Source: Promethearchaeota archaeon
GTDB taxonomy: Archaea > Asgardarchaeota > Lokiarchaeia > Sigyniarchaeales > SOKP01
Length of the DNA stretch: 64,000 bases
Reading direction: 5' to 3'
Assembly (NCBI GenBank): GCA_016839555.1
Contig: JAEOUA010000012.1
Span: 256,001 to 320,000 of the forward strand
Positions 59,798-64,000 of the stretch are shown one piece after another. The stretch's first letter is position 1, and the number at the start of each line of letters is the position of its first letter. The notes under the pieces were generated by a model. That model had not been told where the DNA came from. It made no database searches and worked only from the letters and a program-made list of their open reading frames with translations. A program made the translations under genes and the position numbers.

Positions 59798-59992
59798 TTT
59801 GCTTGGTTCTGGATCTTTGATTTAATATAAATATCCGAAATCGATAAAATCATTATAAATAGATAGTTACTAAATCACAAATCTAAATTATAAATTATAA
59901 AATATTTTGTTTTTTATTATTTTAAATTTAAAAATTCATAGAAATAATTAAAATTAAATAGAAGAATTTTAAGATAAAAAACAAATTTTTGA

Positions 59993-60538
59993 TTATAGAT
60001 CTTTTTTGACTAGCTTTTTCTTGTAGAAGACTATAGTTATTAATATCGAACCTATCATAACTCCAATTGTTATACCAAGTGGAAAGCCGGGGATTTCGGG
60101 AATATAGTATCTTGAAAGTGCAGCGGTTGAAAATATATAAAATATATCTTCTTCTGCACTTAATAGAAAAATTTCAATATAATAAATATTTAATATTGGT
60201 GCGGTAAAATTTAACACAGGGTTAACTCCAAAGGTATAATTTAAAAGGAATGGATTTACAAAAATTTTCGGATCAAGGGTTTCATCGGGTTTTAAATATG
60301 ATTCTGTGGGTCTAGCAGCAAAGATGAAAATTCCATACACTTCAAAATTTTGAGAAAAGGTTTGAATTTCTATAGTCTGATTAAAAAATATCGGTGAGAG
60401 ATAAAAAACGGGCGTTCCTTTATCTTCTTCATGCATCTGAGCATAAATAAATCCAGAGGTTGGTTTTATACAAAATAAGGGAAAAAGCAAGAAAAAACAA
60501 ATCAGCCCTAATAATATTGGTTTTTTATATTTTTTCAT
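59993..60538 (-). CDS. secreted, C-terminally anchored protein with Loki-CTERM-like tail
   Basis: signal peptide; ends IPGF + TM helix + KKK. Confidence 0.75.
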   Translation of the reverse strand: MKKYKKPILLGLICFFLLFPLFCIKPTSGFIYAQMHEEDKGTPVFYLSPIFFNQTIEIQTFSQNFEVYGIFIFAARPTESYLKPDETLDPKIFVNPFLLNYTFGVNPVLNFTAPILNIYYIEIFLLSAEEDIFYIFSTAALSRYYIPEIPGFPLGITIGVMIGSILITIVFYKKKLVKKDL

Positions 60539-60606
60539 GTTTTTAAGTATTATTAGAAATATTTTTGATTTAATAGAATTTTTTTGTATATATATTTTTC
60601 TAATAG

Positions 60607-61101
60607 TTATTTTTCTAAAATTTTTTTCCCAAAATTGATAAGTCCTTCAGAAATGATTTCTTGTAAAAATTGAGGCATTTTTTTAATATGATGCTTCTTT
60701 CCCGTGGTAATATTTAAAAGAATTCCATCAGCTAAATCGATTTGCAATCTATCAGCAGTATTTAATTCAGAAACTTCTGAAAATTCAATTAAAGGTAATG
60801 CGATATTTATTGCATTTCTAAAAAAAATTCTTGCATAAGACGGAGCTATAATACATTTTATCCCTGCAGCTTTTAAGGCAATAGGAGCCTGTTCCCTACT
60901 TGATCCACTTCCAAAATTTGAATTAGCAACAAAAATTGAAGCATTTAGTTTATTTTTCTTTTCATGGAATTGAGGATCAAGATCTTCCATACAATGGGCA
61001 GCCAAATACTCAGGATCTGATTTACTTAAATATCGGGCGGGAATTATTAAATCTGTATTAATATTTTTTTCTTCATATTTTATTATGATTCCTTCTATGA
61101 T
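60607..61101 (-). CDS. leuD: 3-isopropylmalate dehydratase small subunit; apparent ATC/ATA start
   Basis: NFGSGSSREQA, SYARIFFRNAIN; conserved NINTDLIIPARYL lies upstream of the track's TTG (61005). Confidence 0.92.
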   Translation of the reverse strand: MIEGIIIKYEEKNINTDLIIPARYLSKSDPEYLAAHCMEDLDPQFHEKKNKLNASIFVANSNFGSGSSREQAPIALKAAGIKCIIAPSYARIFFRNAINIALPLIEFSEVSELNTADRLQIDLADGILLNITTGKKHHIKKMPQFLQEIISEGLINFGKKILEK

Positions 61102-61153
61102 ACTTCTCTCCTCATTTAGTTAATTCTCATCTTATATTTAAAATTGTAATAAA

Positions 61154-62419
61154 TTATGGTGAAGTAATATAACCTTTAAGTGCTGAAGCAGCTGCAACTG
61201 CGGGGCTTGACAAATATATCTCGCTTTTAATATGCCCCATTCGACCTAGAAAATTCCTATTTGTTGTAGATAGTGCTTTCTCTCCTTCTGCAAGAATTCC
61301 CATATGCCCTCCTAAGCAAGGACCACAGGTAGGTGGAGATATAATTGCTCCACTTTCAAGAAAAATTCGAATATATCCCTTTTTAATTGCATTTAAATAT
61401 ATTTGTTGTGTTCCGGGAAAAACTATACATCTAACATGGGGGTTTATTTTCTGATTCCTCATAATTTCTGCTGCTATTTTTAAATCCTCTAAACGTCCAT
61501 TAGTACAAAATCCTATTACAACTTGGTCGATTTCTATTTTCATAGTGCTTACTTCAGAAATCGGTTTAGTATTTTCTGGTAAATGTGGAAAAGCTACTTG
61601 TAATTCAATTTGATTGCAATCTAGCGGTATCTCATCTTCATAAAATGCATCTTTGTCATTTTTATAAATATGATAATCAGCAATCTTTCTTTCTTTTAGA
61701 TATAATTCAGTAATTTTATCTGGTTCTATAATTCCATTTTTTCCGCCTGCTTCTATAGCCATATTGCACATTGTAAATCTATTTGCCATTGATAAATTTT
61801 TAATCACTTCTCCTGAAAATTCCATTGCTTTATATGTTGCGCCATCTACCCCAATCTTACCAATAGTATATAAAATTAAATCCTTTCCCGAAACCCATTT
61901 ATTTAATTTACCAGAATAGATAAATTTAATCGTTTCGGGCACTTTAAACCAGCATTGTTGTGTAGCCATTGCAACTCCTAAATCTGTGGATCCAACACCC
62001 GTGGAAAAGGCACCCAAGGCCCCATAGGTGCAAGTATGAGAATCAGCGCCTATAAATAATTCTCCTGTTTTTACTAGTCCTTGTTCTGGTATAAGACAAT
62101 GTTCAATACCCACTCTTCCTTGCTCAAAATAATTCGAAATTTGGTATTCATACGCAAATTCACGTAAAATCTTACACTGATTTGCTGAAGCAACATCCTT
62201 ATTGGGAGTAAAATGATCTGGCGTGAGAATGATTCTATCTTTATTAAACACACCCTTATTTGTTCCTTGTATAACTTTTTTAAAAACTTCTATAGCTATC
62301 GGAGCCGTTATATCATTTGCTAAACATTTATCTACTTTTGCTAAAATAAAATCGCCCGCAACCGCATTCTTATTATCAGTGTGATCTCTTAAGATTTTTT
62401 CTGAGATAGTGAATCCCAT
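61154..62419 (-). CDS. leuC: 3-isopropylmalate dehydratase large subunit
   Basis: T..EKIL, DHF, GIEH, GADSHTCTYGA, CTNGR, CGPCLG, STTNRNF.GRMG. Confidence 0.95.
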   Translation of the reverse strand: MGFTISEKILRDHTDNKNAVAGDFILAKVDKCLANDITAPIAIEVFKKVIQGTNKGVFNKDRIILTPDHFTPNKDVASANQCKILREFAYEYQISNYFEQGRVGIEHCLIPEQGLVKTGELFIGADSHTCTYGALGAFSTGVGSTDLGVAMATQQCWFKVPETIKFIYSGKLNKWVSGKDLILYTIGKIGVDGATYKAMEFSGEVIKNLSMANRFTMCNMAIEAGGKNGIIEPDKITELYLKERKIADYHIYKNDKDAFYEDEIPLDCNQIELQVAFPHLPENTKPISEVSTMKIEIDQVVIGFCTNGRLEDLKIAAEIMRNQKINPHVRCIVFPGTQQIYLNAIKKGYIRIFLESGAIISPPTCGPCLGGHMGILAEGEKALSTTNRNFLGRMGHIKSEIYLSSPAVAAASALKGYITSP

Positions 62420-62787
62420 AAATATCCACAAATATTCAAATTCTAATAGTCTAAAGAGTAATTTATTGTTTAAAATTTTATTTGATTCCTTTTTAAATAA
62501 TTAGATTAATTACCATAAACTTAAACAATATTTAATTAATAAATCTTAAAAAATTCTAATTGAAATCAATTATTTTATTATGTAAATTTTTAAATTTTGA
62601 GATAAATAGTTTCATTGCAAATACGCCATTTTTAGGTTTTTTTCCTATAATTCTGAATTATTATTGTTCAATTTTACAATTTTATGAATATGATATATAA
62701 ATCTGAAAATTAATAACACCAGAATCAGAAAATCTATTATATATTATAGAAATTTTTTTCTATTAATTTTAATTTATTGATTTGGAA

Positions 62788-63669
62788 ATGGAAAAAATAG
62801 TAATAAAAGATTTCGCTTTTGAAAAATATCATGGCTTAGGCAATGATTACATATTAGTCAATGATATTGAGTGGAATATTCCAGAAAATAAAAAAATGGA
62901 ATTAGCACGTAAGTTATGTGAAAGACACTTTTCGATTGGAGCCGACGGATTGATCTATATATGTAATTCAAATAAAGTAGATATTAAAATGCGAATTTTC
63001 AATGATGATGGTTCCGAATCAGAGATGTGCGGCAACGGAATTCGATGTTTCTCAAAATATGTTTATGAGAATAAAATCGTCAATTCCAATCCAATTAAGA
63101 TAGAGACATTAAAAGGAATAATGATTTCAAAACTTTCTATTCAAAATGGTTCCGTAAAAATGGTGGAAATAAATATGGGGGAACCAATTTTAGATTGTGA
63201 ATTAATTCCTGTTGTGCCAGAAAATAATAAATTTGAATGTATAAATGAATCAATATTAGTAATTGATAAAATATTTAATTTTACTGCAGTATCCATGGGA
63301 AATCCGCATTGTGTAATAATGGTTGAAGAACAATTAGATGATAAGGATTTAAATAAATATGGGTCCGCAATCGAAAGCCATGAACGGTTTCCTAATAAAA
63401 CTAATGTGGAATTTATGAAGGTTATTAGTCCCGATGAATGTAACGTAAGGGTTTTTGAAAGAGCAGTAGGTATAACAAATTCTTGCGGAACCGGTAGCTG
63501 TGCTTCGGTTGTTGCTGGAACAATATTAGGAAAATTTAGGAAAAATTCACCGATTATAGTCCATAACGATGGTGGTGATCTAATTATTACATATACGGGT
63601 GAGGAAATATATATGAAAGGTTCTATTGAGAAAGTATTCTCTGGGAAAATAAAGAAGCTTGAATTTTAA
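62788..63669 (+). CDS. dapF: diaminopimelate epimerase
   Basis: KYHGLGND, EMCGNGIRC, MGNPH, CGTG. Confidence 0.96.
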   Translation: MEKIVIKDFAFEKYHGLGNDYILVNDIEWNIPENKKMELARKLCERHFSIGADGLIYICNSNKVDIKMRIFNDDGSESEMCGNGIRCFSKYVYENKIVNSNPIKIETLKGIMISKLSIQNGSVKMVEINMGEPILDCELIPVVPENNKFECINESILVIDKIFNFTAVSMGNPHCVIMVEEQLDDKDLNKYGSAIESHERFPNKTNVEFMKVISPDECNVRVFERAVGITNSCGTGSCASVVAGTILGKFRKNSPIIVHNDGGDLIITYTGEEIYMKGSIEKVFSGKIKKLEF

Positions 63670-63739
63670 ATTTCTTAATAAGAAATATTTAAAAAGATAA
63701 ATTAAATATTTAGATTTTAAAAAGAGGCCTAAATATCGA

Positions 63740-64000
63740 ATGGAATATCAAGAATGGTTAAAGAAAAAAGATCTTGAATATAAAGAAGGAATATTATATT
63801 ATGATAATATGGACACTCAACAGCTCGCAAAAGATTACGGGACACCATTATATATAATTAATGAAAAATTAATTAGAAAAAGATACAATCAATTAAAAGT
63901 TGCACTTAATTCTGAATATAAAAACAACGAAATACATTATGCTGTGAAAGCTAATTCTAATTTGGCAGTCTTAAAAATTCTTAAATCAGAAAATGCCAGT
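63740..64000 (+). CDS. lysA: diaminopimelate decarboxylase, 5' part (runs off the window)
   Basis: hand translation MEYQEW...YGTPLYIINE...IHYAVKANSNLAVLKIL; follows dapF. Confidence 0.92.
   Translation, partial: MEYQEWLKKKDLEYKEGILYYDNMDTQQLAKDYGTPLYIINEKLIRKRYNQLKVALNSEYKNNEIHYAVKANSNLAVLKILKSENAS

Noticed and set aside
59755-59800. Possible eukaryote-type SECIS (ATGA...GA in a hairpin)
   Set aside because: It lies in a 5' region, lacks the apical AA at the right distance, and no adjacent gene shows an in-frame TGA
1-64000. tRNA/rRNA genes, inteins, transposases or integrases
   Set aside because: No GC-rich structured RNA blocks seen; usual intein hosts (RFC-S, aIF5B, helicase) are normal length; no DDE or tyrosine-recombinase motifs recognised

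Overview
AT-rich archaeal chromosome segment, most consistent with an Asgard archaeon of the Lokiarchaeia type. Support: Arf-like small GTPase, longin-like protein, eukaryote-like STT3/AglB, Loki-CTERM-like tail, EF-2 with an altered diphthamide loop, and CdhD. Most of the window is housekeeping. Translation/RNA: uS4, uS11, aIF2-alpha, EF-1alpha, aIF5B, EF-2, TruA, CCA, Nop10, Csl4, METTL5. Replication/repair: PCNA-PriL-PriS-GINS15, RFC-S, UvrB/UvrA, a DUF1998 helicase. Transcription: TFS, RpoL. Metabolism: NadE, enolase, ALDH, CdhD, LeuCD, DapF, LysA. There is a metal/stress regulatory cluster (~9.6-14.4 kb) and an accessory island (~21.7-25.0 kb). The island holds a triple palindrome array, two oppositely oriented gene remnants joined head-to-head, and a possible HNH-like toxin tip plus small partner gene. 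The most notable sequence-level pattern is that three genes (leuD, an unannotated RHH regulator and a hypothetical) seem to initiate at ATA/ATC/ATT codons behind good Shine-Dalgarno motifs. No tRNA, rRNA, CRISPR array or transposase was recognised. All product calls rest on motif recognition by eye, not on database searches.
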